From Methanoregulaceae archaeon (GTDB lineage: Archaea; Halobacteriota; Methanomicrobia; Methanomicrobiales; Methanospirillaceae): 64,000 nt of DNA. The notes beneath the pieces were generated by a model. It saw nothing but the letters and a program-made list of their open reading frames with translations. It was not told the origin of the DNA and did not search any database. The translations under genes were made by a program, and so were the position numbers. Positions 49,847 through 58,193 of the stretch are shown here, piece after piece (the first letter of the stretch is position 1; every line of letters starts with the position of its first letter). Location: positions 11,532 through 75,531 of the forward strand of contig DATKKE010000037.1 of assembly GCA_035543455.1 (NCBI GenBank), given 5' to 3'.

Positions 49847-50636
49847 ACCAGTGACTGACTGGAAGTGCAATGTATGCGGCTATATTTCCCAGGGTGGCTG
49901 CCCGCCAGATGAATGTCCTATGTGTTCCGGCACCGGGAGGGAATTCACAGCAGTCACCGAAGAGAAAAGGCTTCAATATGACGGAGGGAAGTTCGATGTG
50001 CTCCTTATCAACGGTAGCAATCACCGATCGAACAATACCGGGTATATGATCGATCTCGTTGAGGAGGTGCTCAGGGACCGGGGTATAACGTACCGGCGGT
50101 ATAACCTCAATGAATTTCACATCGACCATTGCTGGTGCTGTTACAGCATGAGGGACAACGCCTGCACCTATCCGTGCCGGAACCAGATTGACGATATGGC
50201 AGCGTTCCACGAGATGATCATTGCAACCAAAGCGGTCATTGTCGGTTCCCCGATCAACTGGAATAATATGTCGGCCCGGCTCAAGGATTTTCTCGACCGC
50301 CTGAACTGTATCCAGAACCGGTACCTGTTAAAAAGGCCCGGTCTGACCGAAGGTAAGATAGTGGGGATTACGGTCTCGGGTCACGAAGATGGTGCAACAA
50401 AGGCCGCCATGGATATTTACCTTTACTTTCAGCAAATGGGATATCTATTGGCACCGTTTGGTATCTCTTACAGGACACACGGGGCCCAGTTTAACACAAA
50501 TACCGATTCGGAATATTTAAGAAACGATCCGCTTGTCTTATTCAAGGTCAGGGGAATGGCAAGTAACGTTGTGGAAATGCTGGACTGTGACCTCGAGGAG
50601 AAATTAAAAGGTAAACTCGTGCCTGTCTGCGAATAA
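49803..50636 (+). CDS. Rubredoxin-like zinc ribbon fused to an iron-sulfur flavoprotein (NADPH-dependent FMN reductase fold)
   Basis: The N-terminus has WKCNVCGY...CPMCSG. The Isf-type core is LLINGSNHRSNNTG with the Cys cluster HCWCCYSMRDNACTYPC. GGGAG lies 10 nt upstream of ATG 49803; the ORF opens at 49782. Confidence 0.78.
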   Translation: MSITASGEAKSNNTEPVTDWKCNVCGYISQGGCPPDECPMCSGTGREFTAVTEEKRLQYDGGKFDVLLINGSNHRSNNTGYMIDLVEEVLRDRGITYRRYNLNEFHIDHCWCCYSMRDNACTYPCRNQIDDMAAFHEMIIATKAVIVGSPINWNNMSARLKDFLDRLNCIQNRYLLKRPGLTEGKIVGITVSGHEDGATKAAMDIYLYFQQMGYLLAPFGISYRTHGAQFNTNTDSEYLRNDPLVLFKVRGMASNVVEMLDCDLEEKLKGKLVPVCE

Positions 50637-50656
50637 CCGATGCACCAGGAGAACGC

Positions 50657-50663
50657 TTTTTTT
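50657..50663 (+). terminator. Oligo-T (T7) after the rubredoxin-Isf gene
   Basis: The T7 run begins 21 nt after the stop codon. Confidence 0.4.
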
Positions 50664-50790
50664 ATAGCAGGATTTATATTTGTCTCCTGAATAGGGAATC
50701 AATCGTGTTGGTTCCGTGTAAAAAACACCTCTATCAAAGAGGCAATTCAGTCCGCGATCATCCGACCGGGTCATTCCCAAACGACGCCGG

Positions 50791-50799
50791 AAAAAAAAA
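50791..50799 (-). terminator. Oligo-T (T9 on the minus strand) after the Met-rich ORF
   Basis: An A9 run on the plus strand lies 24 nt downstream of the minus-strand stop at 50823. Confidence 0.45.
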
Positions 50800-50822
50800 G
50801 AGATTGATGTAAGATGCGGGTT

Positions 50823-51053
50823 TCACATCTTTTCCATCATCGATTTCAACATTTTCATACTTTCGACTTTGAACTGGAGGTGCTGGATCCAATGCTCTTT
50901 CATCATGATCTTCTCATCGAGCATCCTCATCATCATCATCTTTTTAGTCTTGTCATCAAATTTTTCCCACATCATCCCCATGCAGGGATCATGGCCGTGT
51001 TCCATTCCCATTCCATGTTCCATTCCGATTCTACCTTCGGGTCTTCCAAACAT
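50823..51053 (-). CDS. Met-rich (with His) small protein, a candidate metal-binding peptide
   Basis: AAGGAAGGA lies 6 nt upstream of ATG 51053; a TTG-initiated ORF reaches 51074. Met accounts for 19 of 76 residues, in MEHGMGMEHGHDPCMGMM and KKMMMMRM motifs. An oligo-T tract follows on the same strand. Confidence 0.55.
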   Translation of the reverse strand: MFGRPEGRIGMEHGMGMEHGHDPCMGMMWEKFDDKTKKMMMMRMLDEKIMMKEHWIQHLQFKVESMKMLKSMMEKM

Positions 51054-51220
51054 TGTTATTCCTTCCTTAGACAACTACCCGGGACATGGTCCCGGTTTTG
51101 TCTTAAGGGCCTTCTAACGAGCTGATGCCATAAATATTTTGACCATCGTTATAAAAAATATAAGAAGAAAAGAGTCACGGAATGACCAGCTCACTGAAAT
51201 TTAAATTTTCGGAACAAATT

Positions 51221-53386
51221 TCAATTGTCGGTTTTTGTTATAAACCGGTACATCCCGTTCGGCACGAATATCTCGAACCTTGCGCCCTGACCCGGAATCC
51301 CCGTTTCGGTTATCGTCATACCGGTAATAGAAAGGATTTCCTTCGAAAGGAAAAGACCGAGGCCGGTATGCTTCCCAAAGCCACGGGTGAATAAATGTTT
51401 TTTATCGTCGGCAGATATTCCCGTACCGTTATCTTCAATAATGATGATGAGATTCTTTTCATGGATCCTGGAAGAGATTCGTATAAAAGTCATGGTATCT
51501 CCTCCATATCGGAGTGCATTATCCATCAGGTTGTAAAATACCTTTTCAAAAAGTGGATCGGCAAAAACTTCGAGATCGGTTCGATCAACCTCCACAGGGA
51601 TGTTGTGCAAGGCAATGGCAGAAGCGGCATATCCTATGATTGAACTTACGTTCTGCCAGACGGGTTCCTTAACACCCATATCCTGGTAATCCCGTGTGAA
51701 ACTGATCTGCTTCTGGATTGTTTTTGCCGCTTCTTTCTCTTTGGCAAGATATTCGACTAACAAGGGATTAGCCTCTTCTTTTTCCGATAATTCGAGATAG
51801 CCCAGGAGGACCGTCAGCTGGTTAAGGATATCGTGGCGGGTAATACTCGACATAAGGTTCAATTTTTTACCTGCCAGGGCCAGTGCATCTTCCGCACGTT
51901 TTCGTTCGGTAATATCCACGACGAAAACCAGCACGCCCGTTACCTCACCTTTTTCATTCTTCAGGGGAATTTTATCGGTCTGCACCCACAGGACCTCTCC
52001 GGAAGCGGTAGGCATCTGTTCAACTATCCCGATCTTTGGAATTCCTGAACTGATGACTTCCAGGTCATCCTTGTAATATTTCTCCGCCATGTCCGGAAAT
52101 AAATCGAGAGTGTTTTTTCCCTCGATTTCAACAACCGGTAACCCGAACGCTCTTGCTGCTGCCGGATTTACCCTGATAAAATTATTTTTCGTATCTTTAT
52201 ACCAGACCATAGCGGGGGCATTATCGATAATTGCTTTATGATCGGCTGCAAGCCTCCGGAGTGCCATTTCATCCCTTTTCCGTCGCGTTTCATCCTTTTT
52301 CCGTCTCGTTATATCCCGGACTACGGAAAGGACGATTTTTCTTCCCTGTATAGTAACGACATGGGCATGTATCTCGACAGGTACGATTGTGCCATCTTTT
52401 CTGCGATGCCCGGTCTCGAACTCCGCATGCCCGGCCGTCAGCAACGAATTTCCAATCTCTTCAAGAGGACGACTGTGATATTCGGTGCTGAAATCGAGGG
52501 GATTCATTGTCAGTATCTCCTCACGGCTGTATTGGAGCATTTGGCATGCCACATTATTGACATCAATAAACTGCCCGGGCAAGCCCCGTTCATCGATTTC
52601 ATGCATGTGAATCGCATCGTTAACCGAGTTGAAAATTTCCCGGAATTTTTCCTCGCTCTCCTGGATCTGTTTTTCGGCATCTTTCTGTGCCGTTATATCA
52701 TGGGCAATGACCGATGCACCGATAATTCTGCCCTGGATATCCTTTATTGGGGAGAGAGACAGGGAAATTTGTATTATTTTACCGGCTTTTGTGACCCTCT
52801 CGGCTTCATACCGCTCTATGGTTTCGCCATGACGGATCCTGTCGAGCAGTCCCCTGTTTTCTTCAACCCGATCGGTGGGGATAATGCGGGAGATTGAAGT
52901 ACCCGTCATTTCCTCCGATGTGTACCCGTAGAGATCTTCCGCCCCGGCGTTCCAGTCAGTCACTATACCGTCCAGGGTCTCACCGACGATAGCATCCCGC
53001 GATGACTCGATTACAGATACCAGTCTCCGGCACATCTGCGTGTCGGAATGGGCCCGTGCACTCAGGTATGCTATGATGGCGCCGACAATTACGAATACGA
53101 CAGAACGTGCAAAAGCGGCAATTATATCGTTCGATGTGGGGTGACCGATCCCAAGTACTAATCCGCAATATACTCCAGAGAGGAATATTGCGAAAATTAC
53201 GCCTCTTCGCGGATAATAATATGAAGTGAGAATTATGGGGATATAGAACAGGTGCGAGAGTACAATGGTAATCCCGATGAGCAGTCCGTAGATATTGATT
53301 AAAAGTGTTACAATAGTGCTGACAACGATCAAGGTCAGGATGAGGTACGGTCTTTTCCAGACCTCATCAAAGAACAAGAATTTCAT
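51221..53386 (-). CDS. Membrane-bound PAS-domain sensor histidine kinase (721 aa)
   Basis: It has N-terminal TM helices and at least three PAS modules, with DIT junctions HDITAQK, RDITRRK and VDITERK. The H-box is ITRHDILNQLTVLLGYLEL and the ATPase motifs are MDNALRYG and DNGTGI. Confidence 0.9.
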   Translation of the reverse strand: MKFLFFDEVWKRPYLILTLIVVSTIVTLLINIYGLLIGITIVLSHLFYIPIILTSYYYPRRGVIFAIFLSGVYCGLVLGIGHPTSNDIIAAFARSVVFVIVGAIIAYLSARAHSDTQMCRRLVSVIESSRDAIVGETLDGIVTDWNAGAEDLYGYTSEEMTGTSISRIIPTDRVEENRGLLDRIRHGETIERYEAERVTKAGKIIQISLSLSPIKDIQGRIIGASVIAHDITAQKDAEKQIQESEEKFREIFNSVNDAIHMHEIDERGLPGQFIDVNNVACQMLQYSREEILTMNPLDFSTEYHSRPLEEIGNSLLTAGHAEFETGHRRKDGTIVPVEIHAHVVTIQGRKIVLSVVRDITRRKKDETRRKRDEMALRRLAADHKAIIDNAPAMVWYKDTKNNFIRVNPAAARAFGLPVVEIEGKNTLDLFPDMAEKYYKDDLEVISSGIPKIGIVEQMPTASGEVLWVQTDKIPLKNEKGEVTGVLVFVVDITERKRAEDALALAGKKLNLMSSITRHDILNQLTVLLGYLELSEKEEANPLLVEYLAKEKEAAKTIQKQISFTRDYQDMGVKEPVWQNVSSIIGYAASAIALHNIPVEVDRTDLEVFADPLFEKVFYNLMDNALRYGGDTMTFIRISSRIHEKNLIIIIEDNGTGISADDKKHLFTRGFGKHTGLGLFLSKEILSITGMTITETGIPGQGARFEIFVPNGMYRFITKTDN

Positions 53387-53566
53387 TATCCGATTCCTCG
53401 GGCCTCTCGTAATCTGTTATTTATAATGTCGTAATCCATTAAAAAATCACCCCGGATCGTTGATGTATTCCATCCATGTTCGATGAAAACAAAGAGGTTT
53501 CAGGGGTAACAGGGGTCTTTCCGAGAAAGATTGCGTAATCTTTCCCGGAAATGTCAAAAAAAGGTA

Positions 53567-55057
53567 TTATTTCCCGGGATATGGTTTTAGTATTACAGGA
53601 GGTCTTGGTTCCTGGCTGAAATTAAAATCCTGCCTGATATCTCCAAGGATTGCCACATTTTCTCTCACATCAGGTCGTGGGTCCGGGCGTGCATCGGTTG
53701 CCGGGTCTATCCTCCGGCCGCCGAGGAAGTCATCCTCGATGAACTTGAGATAGGCATCGAAGCTCAGGGTCTGGTGGTCGATATATCCTTTCTTTGCATA
53801 AGGACTGATGACAATTCCCGGAATCCGGATGCCGTATCCATTCTTATCTACTGTTGGCGGGACTACATGGTCATAAAAACCTCCCCAGTCATCCCAGGTC
53901 AGGAATATTGCCGTGCTGTTCCAATCGGGTCCTTCCATTGCGGCATTAACGATCGTGGTCACGTAAGCCTGACCAGTGGATACCAGTGCAGGCGGATGCT
54001 CGCTGACTGTCTGGTTTGGCGTGACCCAAACGACCTGCGGAAGCGTTCCGGTCTTTGCTGCAATGAAATACTTATCGAGGGCCTGGACATTGCCGACCTG
54101 CTTGTCCTGCCTGACGGTCTCGAACCAGGGAAGCGGATTCCAGATTTCAGGCACCGTTACTCTTTGAGATTGTGCCTCACAAAACATCGCGTCATCGGCA
54201 CAGTCAGGCTGATCTCCTTCATCGAGGTAGTACGCCCAGCTGATATTATTCAGGTGCAACAGGTAGGTAAGATCAGTCCATGCATAATCGGGGATTTCGT
54301 TAGGGGTTCCGTTCTTATCAAGAATAAGCCTGCCAGGGCCCTGTAAGGCATCGACACAACTCATCGGATCGTTCGAACTGCACTTTGCGGACCATCCTGA
54401 TACAAGGAACAGGTGGGAGGGAAGGCTCCAGGAAGCGGCAGATTCAAACATATGGTCCTGGAGAACATAATTATCGGCATAAGCCCAGTAATTGGGAATC
54501 TCTCTCCTATCGTGGTAGCCCATGACGTCAAGCTGTGCAAATTCTGCCGCACATGACCCGGGGTGCGCTTGATCGTTACTACAGGTGATATTAATGGCCC
54601 GTTCCTGCGAACTGATGAACCCGTCCATTTTACCCCCGTTTATATCTGCTTCAGAATCGTACTGGCCGTGCGGCCCCCCGTAATTGACATCGTTCGCATT
54701 GTGGTAGGGGAGGACACATTGTCCTGTTAACGGGTCGGGATTACAGACCTTAGGGACTCCGTTATTCATCGGGATACCGTCTGCGCCGGGATAGGTTCCG
54801 AAATAATGATCAAATGCCCTGTTTTCCTGCATAATAATGATTACATGTTTTATCTTATGGATCCCTTCGTCCTTACCGGCGGGGAGGGTCACGGGGATAG
54901 CCAGGGTCGGCCTGGTTGAAGGGGCCGGAGGCAGCACCATGGGATGGGTGGGCGTTACATTTGTTCCTGGAGGGATGCCCGGATTCAGGTTTGTGCAACC
55001 TGAAAAAAGGATAATAAACACCAGGCATGCCAGCAACATTACTAAGTCGTATCTCAT
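53567..55057 (-). CDS. Phosphoesterase-family protein (phospholipase C / acid phosphatase AcpA type) lipoprotein
   Basis: The lipobox is LFSGCTN. It has the family signature [22 protein letters not shown] and the C-terminal motifs [11 protein letters not shown] and [12 protein letters not shown]. Confidence 0.88.
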   Translation of the reverse strand: MRYDLVMLLACLVFIILFSGCTNLNPGIPPGTNVTPTHPMVLPPAPSTRPTLAIPVTLPAGKDEGIHKIKHVIIIMQENRAFDHYFGTYPGADGIPMNNGVPKVCNPDPLTGQCVLPYHNANDVNYGGPHGQYDSEADINGGKMDGFISSQERAINITCSNDQAHPGSCAAEFAQLDVMGYHDRREIPNYWAYADNYVLQDHMFESAASWSLPSHLFLVSGWSAKCSSNDPMSCVDALQGPGRLILDKNGTPNEIPDYAWTDLTYLLHLNNISWAYYLDEGDQPDCADDAMFCEAQSQRVTVPEIWNPLPWFETVRQDKQVGNVQALDKYFIAAKTGTLPQVVWVTPNQTVSEHPPALVSTGQAYVTTIVNAAMEGPDWNSTAIFLTWDDWGGFYDHVVPPTVDKNGYGIRIPGIVISPYAKKGYIDHQTLSFDAYLKFIEDDFLGGRRIDPATDARPDPRPDVRENVAILGDIRQDFNFSQEPRPPVILKPYPGK

Positions 55058-55138
55058 CTCCTCAAATCCTCCTGATTATGCTTCATTCTTATCTGATTGT
55101 TGGCGTGTTCTTACAATGTTGCATTCTCTGTTCAAACA

Positions 55139-56653
55139 TTATTGTTTACCGGGATAAACCGGCAGGATCGTCGGGGGCCTGGGTGTCTGGTTAAAATCAA
55201 AGTCGCTGGTCAGATCACCAAGGATTGAAATGTTCTCCCTGACGGACGGGCGTGGGTCAGGCCGGTTGTCGGTAGCGGGATCGATCCGTGCTCCGCCGAG
55301 GAAATCATCCTCGACAAACTTGAGATAGGCATCAAAGCTCAGGGTCTGGTGGTCTATATACCCTTTCTTTGCATAGGGGCTGATTACTAAGGCAGGTACC
55401 CTGATACCATACCCGTTTTCATCCACAACAGGCGGTACCACGTGATCGTAAAAGCCACCCCAGTCATCCCATGCAAGGAATATCGCCGTGCTGTTCCAGT
55501 CCGGACTTTCCATTGCAGCATTGATGATTGCCGTGGTATACGCCTGGCCGTCTGAAACATTGCTTGGCGGGTGTTCGCTGTCCCTGTTGTTCGGGGTGAT
55601 CCAGGAGACCTGGGGAAGGTCTCCGGCTTTCGCAGCAACGAAATAATTATCGAGGGACTGGACATTAGCAGTCTCATTATCCTGGTTAACCGTTTCAAAC
55701 CAGGGCAGGGGGTTCCAGATTTGGGGGACACCGACACGCTGGGGCTGGGCTGCACAGAACATCGCATCATTAGCACAGTCCGGCTGATCGCCTTCATCGA
55801 GATAATACGCCCATGAGATTTGTTTCATATGGAGCAGGTACGTGATATCGGTCCAGGCATAATTGGGAATCTCGGTCGGCGTCCCGTTGGCTGCAAGGAT
55901 GAGCCTGTCAGGCCCCTGGAGTTCGTTGACGCAACTCATCGGATCGGTCGACTTACATACTGCAGACCATGCTGATACGATGAACAGGTGCTGGGGAAGG
56001 CTCCATGTCCCTCCCGATTCGAACATATGGTCCTGGAGAACATAAGTATCGGCGTATGCCCAGTAATTCGGTATTTCGCGCCGGTCATGATAGCCGATTG
56101 CATCAACTGTCGCCAGGTGGTTCATGCAGGTTGCTGAATCGGAGGTCAGGTTGCAGGCATTCTTTATCCCTTCGAGCTGCTGGCGGAGGAACCCGTCCAT
56201 CCTTCCCCCGTCGATATCTGCAATTGAATCGTATTCCCCGTGGGGGCCGCCGTAGTTCGAATCATTGGAATCATGGTACGGTGCAAGGCACAGGCCGCTG
56301 ACGGGATCGGGGATGCATACGGTTGGTGTGCCATTGTTCATCGGGATGCCGTCTGCCCCGGGGTACGTGCCGAAATAGTGATCGAATGCCCTGTTCTCCT
56401 GCATGATAATGATGATATGTTTGATCTTGTGAATGCCTTCATCGGGACCGGGGGCAGGTGCAACCTGAACTGCAAGAGTGGGTTTATTATAAACCGGGGG
56501 TGGGGCGGTTGTTGCCGGCTGGGCCTGGCATACCTGGCACTGGGTGGGAACACTTGTTGTCCCAACAGTCCCGGAGGGAGAATAACTGGTGCAACCGGCG
56601 ATAAGAACGGCTGAAATGAGAAGCGCAAGCACGCCGGTCAGAATGAGTTTCAT
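55139..56653 (-). CDS. Phosphoesterase-family protein (PLC/AcpA type) lipoprotein, a tandem paralog of 53567..55057
   Basis: The lipobox is LIAGCTS. It shares the same signatures, including long blocks identical to the neighbour ([44 protein letters not shown]). Confidence 0.88.
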   Translation of the reverse strand: MKLILTGVLALLISAVLIAGCTSYSPSGTVGTTSVPTQCQVCQAQPATTAPPPVYNKPTLAVQVAPAPGPDEGIHKIKHIIIIMQENRAFDHYFGTYPGADGIPMNNGTPTVCIPDPVSGLCLAPYHDSNDSNYGGPHGEYDSIADIDGGRMDGFLRQQLEGIKNACNLTSDSATCMNHLATVDAIGYHDRREIPNYWAYADTYVLQDHMFESGGTWSLPQHLFIVSAWSAVCKSTDPMSCVNELQGPDRLILAANGTPTEIPNYAWTDITYLLHMKQISWAYYLDEGDQPDCANDAMFCAAQPQRVGVPQIWNPLPWFETVNQDNETANVQSLDNYFVAAKAGDLPQVSWITPNNRDSEHPPSNVSDGQAYTTAIINAAMESPDWNSTAIFLAWDDWGGFYDHVVPPVVDENGYGIRVPALVISPYAKKGYIDHQTLSFDAYLKFVEDDFLGGARIDPATDNRPDPRPSVRENISILGDLTSDFDFNQTPRPPTILPVYPGKQ

Positions 56654-56793
56654 GGGGGAAAATTTCTTATCCCTCCCATAAAGATTGCGCTAAGAATTAA
56701 AATCTGAAACATAAACAAGAATTTTTGATACCTTTAATTCTGCAGAAACTGCTGCTATTTCACTGCATACCGACTCATCCAGCGTGGCAGCAG

Positions 56794-56806
56794 AATATAT
56801 TTATAA
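56794..56806 (+). promoter_or_regulatory. TATA-box-like element (AATATATTTATAA) for the second cupredoxin gene
   Basis: Its centre lies about 30 nt upstream of ATG 56831. That spacing is consistent with a leaderless or near-leaderless archaeal transcript. Confidence 0.4.
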
Positions 56807-56830
56807 GCCTTGACGATCTCCCGTTGCAGT

Positions 56831-57358
56831 ATGAATGCCAGGCACCTGATCGTTATCCTGATCCTGATAACGCTTTTTAGCACCTTGCTTGCCGGATGTA
56901 CAAGCTCTCCAGCCGGTTATGCCCCTTCCCAAAATCCCGTAACAACAATATCACCCGTCCCTGCCGGGAATACACCGATAAATACACCTTCTCCGGTTGT
57001 CACGTCCGCGCCCGGAACGGTAATAACACCGGTAAAACCCGGCCCCGATGTATCAATCGACCTTGTTGCCAGGAAAATGGCCTTCAATACATCGACTGTT
57101 TCCGTTCCGGCAGGAGCTCGCATTATCGTACATTTCCAGAACCAGGAACCTGCAGGGTCGGCACAGGTCACGGGCATTCCCCATAATTTTGCCGTTTATA
57201 CTTCCCCGAGTGCCACCACAAAAATATTTTCCGGGGAAATAATCACCGGGGGACAAAATATCACGTACATATTTACCGCCCCGGCAACCCCGGGCACCTA
57301 TTATTTCCGCTGTGATGTGCATCCGACGGTTATGAACGGGCAGTTTATCGTAACCTGA
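56831..57358 (+). CDS. Cupredoxin (plastocyanin/azurin-like blue copper protein) lipoprotein
   Basis: The signal peptide is MNARHLIVILILITLFSTLLAGCTSS. The type-1 Cu ligands are GIPHNFAV and YYFRCDVHPTVMNG. A T8 run follows at 57366-57373. Confidence 0.85.
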   Translation: MNARHLIVILILITLFSTLLAGCTSSPAGYAPSQNPVTTISPVPAGNTPINTPSPVVTSAPGTVITPVKPGPDVSIDLVARKMAFNTSTVSVPAGARIIVHFQNQEPAGSAQVTGIPHNFAVYTSPSATTKIFSGEIITGGQNITYIFTAPATPGTYYFRCDVHPTVMNGQFIVT

Positions 57359-57585
57359 TTTTCAATTTTTTTTACTTTGGGATGAATGCAGGGTTACCGG
57401 GAGGATGACCCCTATTTAAGCCGGATGATATGTTATTCCGATCGTCCTGGCTCATGCTTGATTCTTTAAAAAAAATTGAAACAAAACGAGTAGTGGATCA
57501 TTTATGGTCTCTCTCTGAAACCACCGGGGATATTATGCACTGCCCCGATGACATCTTTAGAGAGAATCCGGTAAAATATAACATT

Positions 57586-57750
57586 TCACGCTGAAAGTTC
57601 ATCTTCTCCCGCGGAACCCCGCAAGAGGTGTTTTAAATTTCCAAATAACCCTCCACCGGTTTCAGAATGGGTATTCAACCGTATTCCGCACATTATACAG
57701 TACCGGGCCTCAGGGGAGGCGTTATATCCGCATCGTTCACAGACTGGCAT
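57586..57750 (-). CDS. Small zinc-ribbon protein (54 aa), below the ORF-track length cutoff
   Basis: CAGGTGATC lies 4 nt upstream of the ATG. The product MPVCERCGYNASPEARYCIMCG has two CxxC pairs. Confidence 0.45.
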   Translation of the reverse strand: MPVCERCGYNASPEARYCIMCGIRLNTHSETGGGLFGNLKHLLRGSAGEDELSA

Positions 57751-58193
57751 TGACGATCACCTGGTTGAGAATTTTATCAATTCCCTCCAAGACAATAAAT
57801 GTATCTGTCATCCAGTGACCGTGCCGACCGACAACCTGGGCAAGGGCCAAGTTGGGATAATTTTAAAAAATGGCCATAGACCGAACAGAAGAGAATGGAC
57901 CAGGATTTTTCATTCGCATGAATCAGGTTGACAGGAAATTTTTTTTACACCGATGAGACCCGAATCGATAATCCAACAACTGCCAATGGACGAATGGGGT
58001 AATAACAGGTTCCCCGGTAAATATGCGAAACGATAAGATAAATTAAAGCCCCGGTTTCTTCCCTTCTTTTAATAGCATTCCGATATGAGGTGTGTTTGAC
58101 CGGAAATAAAATTCTTGTTTTCTGAAATGGTTAGGAACGGATGAAAATGCAGTGAATTCCAATTTAAGGACTTTCAGGCCTTTTAAAAAAAGA

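Noticed and set aside
50814-51125. His-rich 103-aa plus-strand ORF.
   Set aside because: It is the exact codon-registered antisense of the Met-rich minus-strand ORF, because ATG and CAT are reverse complements. It lacks a ribosome-binding site and terminator, while the minus-strand ORF has both. I kept the point as a caveat inside a finding.
52238-52897. 219-aa plus-strand ORF; similarly 53774..54346 and 6937..7485.
   Set aside because: All are antisense to CDSs with clear family signatures (kinase, phosphoesterase, UPF0212/PfkB) and have no signals of their own.
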